DNA of 63,947 bases, the filler included, from an uncultured bacterium (lineage in GTDB: Bacteria; Hinthialibacterota; Hinthialibacteria; Hinthialibacterales; Hinthialibacteraceae): NCBI GenBank assembly GCA_964449065.1. It is 5 parts of 5 records of this genome, joined end to end, with 100 filler letters (N's around TTAATTAATTAA, not from the genome) between each part and the next. Parts side by side here need not be neighbours in the genome. Positions count along the whole stretch, not along the records: positions 1 to 13,724 come from CAYVAZ010000130.1; 4 more parts are not named here. One strand, 5' to 3'. Of this stretch, positions 1 through 9,728 are shown piece after piece. The stretch's first letter is position 1, and each line of letters starts with the position of its first letter. The notes under the pieces were generated by a model. The model did not search any database. It had not been told where the DNA came from and was given only the letters and a program-made list of their open reading frames with translations. Both the position numbers and the translations under genes were made by a program.

Positions 1-9
1 AGCGTTTAA

Positions 10-46
10 CCCCCACCTAGCCTCCCCCATTGCATTGGGGGAGGAA
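10..46. repeat. REP-like palindrome, family A (CCTCCCCCA-TTGCAT-TGGGGGAGG)
   Basis: 9-bp stem; near-identical copy at 54318-54346 and a related hairpin at 16550-16574. Confidence 0.75.
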
Positions 47-313
47 TGAGAAAATTGATTCGATTTTTTGAATATGCGCTTCATATCGCTGACCTGTTAC
101 AAAATATTAAATAAACGATGGTGTTTCAACCTGATACGAATATCGTGTAATACATGGCGTAAATAAAAAATACATCTTTATCTGATACCCGGGTAAAAGT
201 AATATCCTTTCAAAAAAATCGCCGTCCCCTAAACCCGGTCTAAATTCAAACCACCTTGCTTTATAGTTTCCTTCCATGGTATAGTTCTCATGAACTTTAC
301 CGGAGAATGCAAA

Positions 314-850
314 ATGACCAAAACCGCCTTCACATTAATCGAACTGCTTATCGTCGTTGCCATTATCGGTATTTTAGCGGCGATTGCCGTCCCCAACTTT
401 CTCAACGCGCAGGTGCGGGCCAAACTCGCCGCTTATCAATCCAATAGCCGCAACCTCGGCCAGGCCTATCTTATGTACCGCATGGATCAAAACGAATGGC
501 CGCCCCACATTGACGGCGACCCGGCTCAGCACCGCTTTGTCACAACCCCTATCGCCTACATGTCCGGCTCGGTTTTCGATCCCTTCCAAAAGGGATTAAC
601 CCCGCAGGATGAACCCACCGTCGTCAACACCCAAAACCAATACCACATGGAACCTGCATCGCTCCCTTTAAATTGGTTTAACAGTACCAAAGACCGCTAC
701 CCGCAGTTTTACCAGCAAATCAAACAAAGCGAATACACTGTTTTGTCTTACGGGCCCGACCGCCGCTGGCAATCCAACGAACTCTACGATTCCAGCAACG
801 GCATGACCAGCATGGGAGACCTCTTCTACCCCGTCTCCGGCAAGGATTAA
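314..850 (+). CDS. Prepilin-type N-terminal cleavage/methylation domain protein (pilin/GspG-like)
   Basis: AFTLIELLIVVAIIGILAAIAVPNF class III signal; GGAG at 302-305 before ATG 314 (ORF track start 290). Confidence 0.9.
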   Translation: MTKTAFTLIELLIVVAIIGILAAIAVPNFLNAQVRAKLAAYQSNSRNLGQAYLMYRMDQNEWPPHIDGDPAQHRFVTTPIAYMSGSVFDPFQKGLTPQDEPTVVNTQNQYHMEPASLPLNWFNSTKDRYPQFYQQIKQSEYTVLSYGPDRRWQSNELYDSSNGMTSMGDLFYPVSGKD

Positions 851-946
851 ACCTATGGTTTCTGATCTGAATGGATTGCTGGTAGATCTCTTGTAAACAA
901 CGGGTACGTAGAGTGAAAAATGGAGGTCTCAATATCTCTCTTATAA

Positions 947-982
947 CAATCGCTCTATTCCGTTTCGTAAATAGAGCGATTG
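947..982. terminator. Perfect 13-bp hairpin between convergent genes (bidirectional terminator or REP-like)
   Basis: CAATCGCTCTATT 947-959 pairs with AATAGAGCGATTG 970-982. Confidence 0.5.
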
Positions 983-1058
983 CCAAACATCATTCCGATT
1001 GAATTGAACTGTTTATCCGGCACGGTATGAGACCCGCCTTTCATAGACGAACATGCTT

Positions 1059-1937
1059 TTACAACTCCTTTAGATTTTCGATAGCGACAAACTCTGGTGA
1101 TTGATCAACAGATTTGATGATTACTTTTTTTGTGCAATATTTTTGCCCTTCAGAAAGATTTTGTGTTGAGGAAAAAAGATACCCTTCTAAAGTAAACGTT
1201 TGTGGAATATCGAGACCATTTTTCATTTCATAATGTTGATAGTTTATCGTACGAATTCTTTCAGGGGTTAAATGATAACGCCCCCAATCAACCTTGAAGT
1301 ATGGATTTAAATGAAATGTATTCATTTCATATCCATCATCAGTGTTGGTGTATGAAATGAGGTACCCATCTTTCCCATCCGGTCTGTTTTCCTGCTTTGA
1401 AAATGTGTAATTCTTTGCCAAATCTTTAGGGATTAGTGCCGTACCGAGTAACTCTTCTGGAGAGAGATAATCAATGTAAGCCTCAAAAAGTGAAATGGCT
1501 TGTTTCTCAGGGTCATCATCCTCTTGGATTGTCTCGACTTTGTAAAGATTCGGAGTCAGAAAAACAACGGTAGCGGTTTTATTTTTTCGGTTTATATTCA
1601 ATATTTGGTGCATGTCTTCTATGAAAATATCGCCCGCTTCCGCTTGCAATTCATATTGAAGCATGTCTTTATTGAAGTTTAATGTAAATGATTTGGTTTG
1701 GTTTCTTACACCTTTTTGCGCATCTTTCCATTCTTCAATACGTTCCAGAGGCAAATTGGGATTATAGGAACCCGGTGTAGCGGCTTGAGGTGTATATACA
1801 GTGTCTTCCACAATATACTCAATCGTACCCTGCTCAAATGGTAGTTTTTTGATTTGATTTTCTATTGTGTTTTGTGAATATACTGAATTCACTGATAAAA
1901 CCATGAGGAGTGCAAAACAATTCTTGACAGCATTCAT
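1059..1937 (-). CDS. Exported hypothetical protein (AT-rich)
   Basis: ATG at 1937 preceded by AAGGA; signal-peptide-like MNAVKNCFALLMVLSVNSVYS; the 434-aa ORF track call includes an upstream in-frame Cys-rich segment. Confidence 0.75.
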   Translation of the reverse strand: MNAVKNCFALLMVLSVNSVYSQNTIENQIKKLPFEQGTIEYIVEDTVYTPQAATPGSYNPNLPLERIEEWKDAQKGVRNQTKSFTLNFNKDMLQYELQAEAGDIFIEDMHQILNINRKNKTATVVFLTPNLYKVETIQEDDDPEKQAISLFEAYIDYLSPEELLGTALIPKDLAKNYTFSKQENRPDGKDGYLISYTNTDDGYEMNTFHLNPYFKVDWGRYHLTPERIRTINYQHYEMKNGLDIPQTFTLEGYLFSSTQNLSEGQKYCTKKVIIKSVDQSPEFVAIENLKEL

Positions 1938-1975
1938 AGTGTTTTTCCTTTCGTTTTGTATTATTATAAGCACTA

Positions 1976-2250
1976 TTAATTGGCATCTGTAATTACCATA
2001 CCAAGGGTTAAATTCGCCTGTGCTAACACATCTTGGTCTTGGTCCGCTATGAACAGCTGGGTTTTGTTGGCAGATGTTTACTGGGGAACAAGACGGACAG
2101 ACTGGGTCGGCAGTACAAATACCACTTGCTGATTTGTATGTTCCATTTTGTACACTTGGTTCATATGTTAATTCTAAACAAGGAATAAAATCAAAACCTG
2201 GAGGTGCTTCATCAAAGCATCCCATACCTGCACCGGAAAGAAAATAAATA
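1976..2250 (-). pseudogene. Cysteine-rich small-protein coding segment, 5'-truncated
   Basis: 8 Cys in about 82 codons (MGCFDEAPP...YGNYRCQ), in frame with the downstream gene. Confidence 0.4.
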
Positions 2251-2406
2251 CAATCCGCGGGCGTGGGCTTGGTTGGTCCAGATATCGTAGGGCACCAAGA
2301 CGCGGTCCGCGGGGGGCAGACCGATGACGTCACGCCCTGCCGCGAAGGAGACAAATGCGGCATCCGGTTCGCCTTTGGCGGAGGTTTGCCATACGGGTTT
2401 TTTCAA
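2245..2406 (-). pseudogene. argH: Argininosuccinate lyase 5' fragment
   Basis: MKKPVWQ...FAAGRDV...ADRVLVPYDIWTNQAHARGL resembles the ArgH N-terminus (DxxLxxYDIxxxxAHAxxL); AGGA RBS and TTG start; similarity ends after about 53 codons at a GC-to-AT switch. Confidence 0.6.
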
Positions 2407-2452
2407 GTGTTACCGTTCCTTCCTATGTTGTTCGATTGGCCTTGCACTTCAT

Positions 2453-2662
2453 TTACACGGGATAATTATGTTCGTTCGGGTCGGTATTCATAGCGGAAAA
2501 CAATGCCGCATTGCTATTTTTATAATGATTTCTTATCATCTCTTTCGTGGTTTGAATTTCCTGCAATGGTGTAAACCGAATGATATTGAATTTCTGATTT
2601 ATGGTATCCATTTTTCCAAAGAAACGAAACAATAACAGATAAATGGAAGAATTTTTGTTAAT
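2453..2662 (-). pseudogene. C-terminal remnant of the sulfotransferase beyond an in-frame TAG
   Basis: Frame stays open for 69 codons after TAG 2663-2665 (INKNSS...EMIRNHYKNSNAALF...HNYPV-TAA). Confidence 0.6.
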
Positions 2663-3331
2663 CTATTTATTGATCAAACAAAGACTGGAAGTCATAAACA
2701 GACTGTAGCGTTCATTTTTGTTGATTTTTGCTGGTTCCAATTTGTAGGATTCCGTTAAATTGATAAACGATAAGAACTCGCGCAAAAATTTTTCTTGATC
2801 CTGCTTTAACATTTCATACAACAAGATTTTTACATTTCCTTTCCCGAATACTGATTGATATTTTGACACCATTTTGTGGTAGTCTAACTTGTTGTTTTCT
2901 ATTAGTTTGTTCACATATTTTTGATAGGACCAACTGCCGCCCGATTTTACATGCAAGTATTGATACTGCGATGGAATCATAGAATATTGTGACCGGATAC
3001 AAATCAGGATGCGACTATTTGGAAATACATTGTGAATCCGGTCTGCCATATCTAAATCATCATGATAGATGGAACCGTGTAACCCTTCCGCAGAGACAAT
3101 AACCGGTTTGTCAGCATTCACAGCCTCATCCTGAAATTGCTGCATGGCGTTCTTAATACCTGCTTGATCCAAATCCCCATGCAGAAATTGAAGAATGGAT
3201 TGGGGGAAAGATTCCGGTTCCGATAGAACGGCTTGCTGATTGAATTTTGGAAGAATCGTTTTTTGCAAAAACGTGGTTCCGGTGCGGTGGTAACCGATAT
3301 GAAAAAACATGGGATTGTTTATCACAAGCAT
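2663..3331 (-). CDS. Sulfotransferase domain protein (probably truncated by a nonsense codon)
   Basis: HIGYHRTGTTFLQ PAPS-binding loop, ILICIRSQ...S.Y motif, ILLYEML. Confidence 0.75.
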   Translation of the reverse strand: MLVINNPMFFHIGYHRTGTTFLQKTILPKFNQQAVLSEPESFPQSILQFLHGDLDQAGIKNAMQQFQDEAVNADKPVIVSAEGLHGSIYHDDLDMADRIHNVFPNSRILICIRSQYSMIPSQYQYLHVKSGGSWSYQKYVNKLIENNKLDYHKMVSKYQSVFGKGNVKILLYEMLKQDQEKFLREFLSFINLTESYKLEPAKINKNERYSLFMTSSLCLINK

Positions 3332-3370
3332 TGATGATCCTCTTCCATTCAAATCCAGGTCTCTGTTTTA

Positions 3371-4315
3371 TTACGGTACAGGATACTTCGGCTGTTCGCC
3401 TTTGAGAACAGCGACGATGTCTTCCGCGACGAGGGACATGTTCATGAGGCCTTCTTGCGACATCCCGCCGGTGTGCGGGGTTACGATGACGTTGGGCATC
3501 GTGAGTAAGGGGGAATCGTTGGCGATGGGTTCGACTTCGAAGACGTCGAGGGCGGCTCCGGCGATGATTTTATCTTGCAGCGCGCGGATTAAATCCGCTT
3601 CATGAATTACCCCGCCGCGGGAAGTGTTGATGAGATAGGCGGTGGGCTTCATCAACCGAAGACGTTGAGCGTTGATCATTTGGTGGGTTTGTTCATTCAG
3701 CGGGACATTGAGGGAAACGAAATCGGCTTGGGAAAGCATATCTTCGAGTGATTCACAATAGGTGAGGATGAAGGATTGTTCCGCGTTGGGATTGCGTTGG
3801 ATATCGTGATAGAGGACATTCATCTGTAATCCCAGCGAGGCGATTTGGGCGACGCGGTGTCCGATACGCCCCATACCCGCAACCCCCAGCGTTTTGCCTT
3901 TGAGTTCCATGGCTTTCATGCCGCCGCGGGCGTCCCAGTTGTGGTGGACGGTTGCGTGATGCAGTTGGGGAAGATGGCGGCTTAAGGCCATTAGCAACGC
4001 GATGGTATGTTCCGCGGTCGAGTTGGAGGGGGCGTTGGGGGTATACACCACCTGAATTCCCTTTGTGCGGGCATATTCAACATCGATGTTATCGTAGCCG
4101 ACCCCGTGGCGGCCGACGACTTTGAGCGTGGGGACCGCATCGATGAAGGCTTGGTCGATAACGCCGTTGGCGCGGATGATGGCGGCTTCGCAGCCTTGGG
4201 CTTCCTGGATGAGGGTTTCGGTTTGGGTGTTGGTGGCGATGACGACTTTGCCGATTTCTTCCAGAATGGCTTTGCCTTTTGGGTGCATGTCTTCGTATAA
4301 GAATATTTTGGTCAT
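3371..4315 (-). CDS. D-isomer-specific 2-hydroxyacid dehydrogenase (SerA-like, no ACT domain)
   Basis: GVGYDNID, GMGRIG, LINTSRG, ALDVFEVEP, TPHTGG; alternative GTG start at 4327. Confidence 0.9.
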   Translation of the reverse strand: MTKIFLYEDMHPKGKAILEEIGKVVIATNTQTETLIQEAQGCEAAIIRANGVIDQAFIDAVPTLKVVGRHGVGYDNIDVEYARTKGIQVVYTPNAPSNSTAEHTIALLMALSRHLPQLHHATVHHNWDARGGMKAMELKGKTLGVAGMGRIGHRVAQIASLGLQMNVLYHDIQRNPNAEQSFILTYCESLEDMLSQADFVSLNVPLNEQTHQMINAQRLRLMKPTAYLINTSRGGVIHEADLIRALQDKIIAGAALDVFEVEPIANDSPLLTMPNVIVTPHTGGMSQEGLMNMSLVAEDIVAVLKGEQPKYPVP

Positions 4316-4319
4316 GGGA

Positions 4320-5084
4320 TTATCCACGCAGTTTTTTCATGGCTTCGGTATATCCATTATGCAGTATATTCACATCGGTGGAATACCCCAATAACTGCAT
4401 GCCGCGTTCTTTCCAATAATGGAGTTGGTCGATGTTGCCGGTGTGGATGCCGGATGGTTTGCCATGTTTTTTGCAGGCTTCGACCACCTTGCCGATGGCT
4501 TCGGTGACGGCGCCGGAGGTGATTTGGCCGATGCAATCGAGCGAATCGGATAGATCGAAGGGGCCGATGATGACGCCGTCGATGCCATCGGTGGAGATGA
4601 TGCCGTCGATGTTTTCCACGCCTTCGCGGCTTTCGATCTGCGCGATGATGAGGTTATGATCATTGGCCCCGGAAAACAGTTGATCGGGCGGGCAGGGTTG
4701 AAAATCGGTTTGGGCCAGCATCCCGGCGCAGCCGCGTTTGCCGATGGGGCGGTATTTGGCGGCGTCGCGGATTTCGAGAGCGTTTTCTTTGGTCTCGGTC
4801 ATCGGTACCATGAGGCCGACGGCACCGGCATCCAGCAAGCGGGTTAGATAAAACGGTTCCCTGGCCGGGGGGCGGACGATGGGGGCGATGCCGTAAGCGC
4901 GGGCGGTGCGGATGATATCGGCAACTGTTTCGAATGAGTAGACGGAATGCTCCATATCCACAAACATGAAATCGAAGCCGGTGTTTTTTAGGATGTTGGC
5001 AATGCCGGGGTCACGGACAAAGCGCGACATGGTCCCCCAGATTTGTTCCCCGTTTTGCAGGCGTTGGCGAATGTCACTCCACAT
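4320..5084 (-). CDS. HpcH/HpaI aldolase family protein
   Basis: FVDMEHS, LLDAGAVGLMVP, KYRPIGKRG, AQIES, IGPFDLS. Confidence 0.9.
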   Translation of the reverse strand: MWSDIRQRLQNGEQIWGTMSRFVRDPGIANILKNTGFDFMFVDMEHSVYSFETVADIIRTARAYGIAPIVRPPAREPFYLTRLLDAGAVGLMVPMTETKENALEIRDAAKYRPIGKRGCAGMLAQTDFQPCPPDQLFSGANDHNLIIAQIESREGVENIDGIISTDGIDGVIIGPFDLSDSLDCIGQITSGAVTEAIGKVVEACKKHGKPSGIHTGNIDQLHYWKERGMQLLGYSTDVNILHNGYTEAMKKLRG

Positions 5085-5267
5085 GGGTTTTATCCTCTCT
5101 GTCCATAAAGATATTGACAGTTATAGCAACAAATCGAATACCTATCTACCGTCTGGAAGCATCCCGTTTCTAATACTTCTATAAATTTGAATCAAAAAGG
5201 ATTAGGCAATATGATAAAATCGTACCAGTAGAAAAATTGGTCATAGGAATGTTAAAAATAGCGATGA

Positions 5268-5432
5268 ATCTTCCAGTACAAAAAAATAATGGAAGTGCCA
5301 GATGGCAGAATCGATGCTATTTTTCATTCGATACCTCTGAGTTTTATATCTGATGTTTCAACAGAGTTTGCTATTAAACTATTATCCTTAAATAGAAACT
5401 ATTTATCCGATCAAAGGCAAAGGACATTATGA
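5268..5432 (+). pseudogene. C-terminal remnant of a HipA-like kinase gene
   Basis: IDAIFHSIPLSFISDVSTEFAIKLLSLNRNYL; its TGA overlaps the HIRAN gene ATG (ATGA 5429-5432); in-frame stop upstream at 5265. Confidence 0.5.
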
Positions 5433-6175
5433 AATCGTTATATCTTGCATGGCGGTCTCCAACCAAAGCGAAATGGTATCCTGTTGGCAGGTTAACCCTG
5501 AACGACCATTATGAATTTGAATACATTGAAGGAGCCAAACGGGCGCAAGAAGAGTGCAACTTTGTCCCCTTAGAAAACTTCCCGGAAATCGGTCAAAAGT
5601 ATCAATCGGATGATTTGTTCCCCATGTTTTCCAATCGTTTGATGCCTCCAAACCGCCCGGAGTATAAACACTATCTTGAGTATATGAATCTCCCGCAGAA
5701 TCAGGATGATCCTATAGTCATTTTGGCAAGAAGCGGCGGCCGGAGCGTAACCGATACGTTTGAATTGTTTACACAACCTGAAATTCTTGATGGAAGTTTG
5801 CATATCCATTTTTTTTCTCACGGGGTCACTCATTTACCCAAGACATCACTGGAGCGCATCGGCAAATTAGAGGCAGGTGAACCACTGAAACTTATGCACG
5901 ATTTGCAGAATGTGTATGACCCACACGCACTTTGTTTACGAACAGATGATACAACCAGCCGATGGGAAAATGATCTGCATATTCTAGGATATATCCCCCG
6001 GTATTTTATCAAAGACATTTTAGAAATTTTACAAAGTAATCCTGTAGATGTACGAGTAGAGAAAGTCAACCCAAGCCCTGCGCCGTTGCGGTTTCGGCTG
6101 TTGTGCAATTTAACCGCAGTATGTCCGGCAGGTTTCCAGCCTTTTTCCGATTCCGTTTATGACCCAATTTTATAA
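5429..6175 (+). CDS. HIRAN domain-containing protein (HipA-associated type)
   Basis: LYLAW..WYPVGRL, LFPMFSNRLMPPNRPEY, LARSGGRSVTDTFE, DLQNVYDPHAL, GYIPRY. Confidence 0.8.
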   Translation: MKSLYLAWRSPTKAKWYPVGRLTLNDHYEFEYIEGAKRAQEECNFVPLENFPEIGQKYQSDDLFPMFSNRLMPPNRPEYKHYLEYMNLPQNQDDPIVILARSGGRSVTDTFELFTQPEILDGSLHIHFFSHGVTHLPKTSLERIGKLEAGEPLKLMHDLQNVYDPHALCLRTDDTTSRWENDLHILGYIPRYFIKDILEILQSNPVDVRVEKVNPSPAPLRFRLLCNLTAVCPAGFQPFSDSVYDPIL

Positions 6176-6363
6176 TTATTTGAAATCAAAATCTCCACCG
6201 GCTTTGCAAAATTTTAGATTGTTTAAAGTTAACATTTGAAATGCCGAATATGTAGTTGAGGGTCTGTGTGTGGACTTGGTCTATTGCTATGGAATGCGTT
6301 GTTCAATGCCTAAATTGAAATTTTCATGTTGCCTGGATACGGCAAAAGGATATAGGTGCACCC

Positions 6364-6594
6364 ATGGGCGAAACGTACTCACCGTATGTCATGAAGCTGG
6401 TTGAAACCATCGAACGCATGGATAGCCGCAGCGCGCTGCGGTTTATCGAGCAGATGGAAAAAATGGATACGGATGAATTGTTGGAGTTCATCGAGACGAT
6501 GTACGAGGGAAAAGATCATCTACCCGATGTTTTGAACCAACCCGCTTCATCTCTCCAGCCTTCTTTGTTCGCGTTTGATCCTGAAGAGAACTGA
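6364..6594 (+). CDS. Small hypothetical protein
   Basis: 76-aa acidic ORF with AGGTG upstream. Confidence 0.6.
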   Translation: MGETYSPYVMKLVETIERMDSRSALRFIEQMEKMDTDELLEFIETMYEGKDHLPDVLNQPASSLQPSLFAFDPEEN

Positions 6595-6768
6595 TTTTTT
6601 AACCCGTTTAAACCCGCGAATGCACGCGAATTTTCGCGAACAACGGCTTGTGTATTTGGGCTTTTGCGCTTGTATTGATCCCTATGTCTATCATGAACGG
6701 GAAGAAAGAATTACTGATGGGCAAGATAGTACTGTATTCCCCTACTTCTATTGAGTGAAACGATCGGC

Positions 6769-6798
6769 GCTTCCGGCTCGGCGGGAGCCTCGCCCTCC
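6769..6798 (+). repeat. REP-like repeat, family C
   Basis: GCTTCCGGCTCGGCGGGAGCCTCGCCCTCC; 29/30 identical to 13038-13067. Confidence 0.75.
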
Positions 6799-7016
6799 TA
6801 AAGACAAACCAATTTTTATAATGATACAAATATGCCGACACACCTGCTGGAAGCCGATGTCCCCAAATTGAGTCTCGCTGTGAATACCACTTTGAGCGTA
6901 ACGGAAATATTTCCTGCCCGTTTTTCTTAGGGTTAGGCTGTAGACTTCTTCACAACCCAAGCGATAATGAGTTATATCAATGAGAAAACCATCAACAAAA
7001 AAGATAGGATAGAACT

Positions 7017-8564
7017 ATGTTTGCACAAACTTGGCGGCAGCACTGGGGCATGACCTGCGAACCGTTTATGTGTGAAGACGCCGATAAAGACTCGATTTTG
7101 CAATCGATGGACAAATCGGCGGTGTATTCGGGGTTTGACCGGATTTACGGGAATCCAAACGAGCCCTCTCCAGGGATCGTGTTTGGCGAAAAGGGCAGCG
7201 GCAAAAGCGCGCTGCGGCTGATGATGCGCCGTAACCTTGAAGAATACAATGAGAAAAATCCGGAAAAGAAAATCTTTTTGATTGAGTATACCGATTTCAA
7301 CCGCTTCATCGGCAACTACCGCAACACACTGTCCAACCGCAGCGATGAAGCCAGCGAAGCCAAGGAAGTGATCTCGCGCTGGAAGCTTTCTGACCATTTG
7401 GACTGCATCTTGTCGCTGGGATTTTCGGCATTGGTGGATGAAATTATTGCTTCCGGCAGGAACGCGAAAAAACTGCATCACAAACATTGCGCGGATTTGC
7501 TGCTGGGGACATCGCTCTATTACCATTCCGATAACGACACAACGGTTGATGCGTTGAAGAAGTTAAACAGAAAATATGGGTTTGGCGGGATTCGGCCTTA
7601 TTTCAAGTGGTTGGCAGCGATTCTTCTTTCCATCATCAGTGTGTTTTTTGTGATTTTCCCTTACCTGCTGCCGGTCATCATCACGATGTACAGCGATATT
7701 GATCTTTCGGAAGGAACGTGGGCGGAATACTTTTTGACCCTGCAGCCGCAGTTGTTTTACGGCATTGGGATTGGGTTGTTTGTCATCACGTGGTTGTGGT
7801 TTTTGCTTGCGCGTTCATCGTCATTTTCACCGGCGAGGCGGGCGGCGCGCGGAATTAAAGTGGTGCCCAAAGACGCCAACCTCACGGCCAAGATTTTGTT
7901 ACGGCTTCCATCAAAAGAACGCAAGGATTTTATTTTGCCTTTTGGCAACGATGAAGCGTCGCGCTATGACTGGCTGCAGCGGTTTATCACTTTGATCAAT
8001 CAATTCGGGTATCACGGCATTTATGTGGTGGTAGACCGGTTGGATGAGCCGTCACTCTTGAGCGGCCGGGAAGAATTGATGCGGCAATTTGTGGAAAAGA
8101 TGCTGGATATCAAGCTGCTGCAATATCCGCATATCGGCATCAAATTGTTCCTCCCAATTGAACTGGATACGATTCACCGCAATGCATCACCGGAGCAGTT
8201 GAAGAAAATGCGGTTGGATAAATCGAACCTGATTCCGGAATTTAAATGGAGCGGGCAGGAGTTGTATGAAATCGCCAATCAACGGATGCAGGCATGCATA
8301 GAGGGAGAATCCAAGCATTCACTGGCGGATTTGTTTGGCGACGATTTGGAGTTCAACTACGTGAAAGAAACGCTGAGCATGTTGGGCACGCCGCGGTACG
8401 CGTTCGGGTTTCTTTCATCGCTGCTGACCGATTATGTTCGCGATTTGCCGAATGATTTGCCCGAAGACGATGCGCGCTGGCAAATTGGGCGCAATCACTT
8501 CGAAGTGGCGCGGGCGAATTGGCTGGACCGCACGGGTGTGCTGCGCAGAGTGTTAAACGGGTAG
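7017..8564 (+). CDS. P-loop ATPase with two internal transmembrane helices
   Basis: Walker A GEKGSGKS, Walker B YVVVDRLDE, two hydrophobic segments between them. Confidence 0.8.
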   Translation: MFAQTWRQHWGMTCEPFMCEDADKDSILQSMDKSAVYSGFDRIYGNPNEPSPGIVFGEKGSGKSALRLMMRRNLEEYNEKNPEKKIFLIEYTDFNRFIGNYRNTLSNRSDEASEAKEVISRWKLSDHLDCILSLGFSALVDEIIASGRNAKKLHHKHCADLLLGTSLYYHSDNDTTVDALKKLNRKYGFGGIRPYFKWLAAILLSIISVFFVIFPYLLPVIITMYSDIDLSEGTWAEYFLTLQPQLFYGIGIGLFVITWLWFLLARSSSFSPARRAARGIKVVPKDANLTAKILLRLPSKERKDFILPFGNDEASRYDWLQRFITLINQFGYHGIYVVVDRLDEPSLLSGREELMRQFVEKMLDIKLLQYPHIGIKLFLPIELDTIHRNASPEQLKKMRLDKSNLIPEFKWSGQELYEIANQRMQACIEGESKHSLADLFGDDLEFNYVKETLSMLGTPRYAFGFLSSLLTDYVRDLPNDLPEDDARWQIGRNHFEVARANWLDRTGVLRRVLNG

Positions 8565-8807
8565 TGGAAAATCAGTGATGAGTGATGAGTGATGAACATG
8601 TGAGTCACGTTGTTTGGATTCTCTGGTCTAAATAGTTTGGGGTTAGAACGATATTGGAGCATTTCAGAATTGAGTAGCCGGGGAGCATCAATTTCAAGCC
8701 GGTAAATGTAAGTGCATACAGACCTCTTCGCAAACTGGAATCGCTTAAAAATAAAGGCAACGAAATTTGTATAGTAGCGGTCTGAAAAGCCTGCGTCACA
8801 ACACAGG

Positions 8808-9728
8808 ATGCTAGAACGGATTATTATGATTTCTTTTTTAGAGTTTGTACAATCAAAAGCGGTGGTGTTGGGCGATGGGGCGATGGGCTCGATGCTAATT
8901 GATGCCGGATTGCGGCTGGATGATTGCGCCGAATTGTGGAATCTTTCGCGCACTGACACCATTGAAAAAATTCACAAACTGTACCTTGATGCAGGCAGTG
9001 ATTTTCTTGTGACCAACACGTTTGGCGCCAACCCGTTTCGCCTGCGGCAGCATGATTTGCATGAACGCGCCAAAGAACTGAATCGTGCCGCTGTGCTGCT
9101 GGCAAAATCCGTTTGCAGGGGCACGTTGCAGCATGCTCCTACACGCTATGTCATCGGTTCAATCGGACCTTCGGGGCAGGTTCCGGAACCGCTTGGCAGC
9201 ATGCCGCGTGGAGATTTGATTCGGGGATTTGCCATGCAGGCCGAAGCGCTGATTGAAGGAGAAGTAGACGGCATCATCATCGAAACCATGATTCATGTGG
9301 AAGAGGCGCTGGCTGCTTTGCAGGCGGTCAAATCCGTACAAAGCGATATTCCTGTGATTGTGTCTATTTGCTTTCAGCAAAAAAAAGGAAATTTTCAAAC
9401 CGCCCTGGGGATCTCTCCCCGTGTGGTTGCGCAAGAGCTGGAACGGGCCGGCGCGGATATTGTCGGCGCGAATTGTATGCAGGGATTTGAGGAGTATGTC
9501 GAACTCACCAAGCAAATCAATGAAGGAACTTCGCGGCCGGTGATGGTGCAGCCGAACGCGGGGCAGCCTGTCAAGATAGACGATCAGGTATCCTATCCGA
9601 TGACGCCGGAGAGGATGCAGGAACACATCCCCGGTATGATTCAAAACGGCGCGTCCATCATCGGCGGCTGCTGCGGTACCACGCCGGAGCATATCAAACA
9701 AATCCGATGTTCTATCGACCGATTATAG
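8808..9728 (+). CDS. Homocysteine S-methyltransferase family protein (stand-alone MetH Hcy-binding domain)
   Basis: DGAMGS, YLDAGSD, TNTFGAN, GANC, PNAG, IGGCCGTTPEHI; alternative start 8826. Confidence 0.9.
   Translation: MLERIIMISFLEFVQSKAVVLGDGAMGSMLIDAGLRLDDCAELWNLSRTDTIEKIHKLYLDAGSDFLVTNTFGANPFRLRQHDLHERAKELNRAAVLLAKSVCRGTLQHAPTRYVIGSIGPSGQVPEPLGSMPRGDLIRGFAMQAEALIEGEVDGIIIETMIHVEEALAALQAVKSVQSDIPVIVSICFQQKKGNFQTALGISPRVVAQELERAGADIVGANCMQGFEEYVELTKQINEGTSRPVMVQPNAGQPVKIDDQVSYPMTPERMQEHIPGMIQNGASIIGGCCGTTPEHIKQIRCSIDRL

Noticed and set aside
2663..2665. TAG readthrough, pyrrolysine or an alternative genetic code
   Set aside because: Many genes here end normally in TAG (for example rplU, mtaB and 7017-8564), and no pyl genes are seen.
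8565..8807. SAM or cobalamin riboswitch before the homocysteine methyltransferase
   Set aside because: Core conserved motifs were not recognisable by eye; an Infernal/Rfam scan would be needed.
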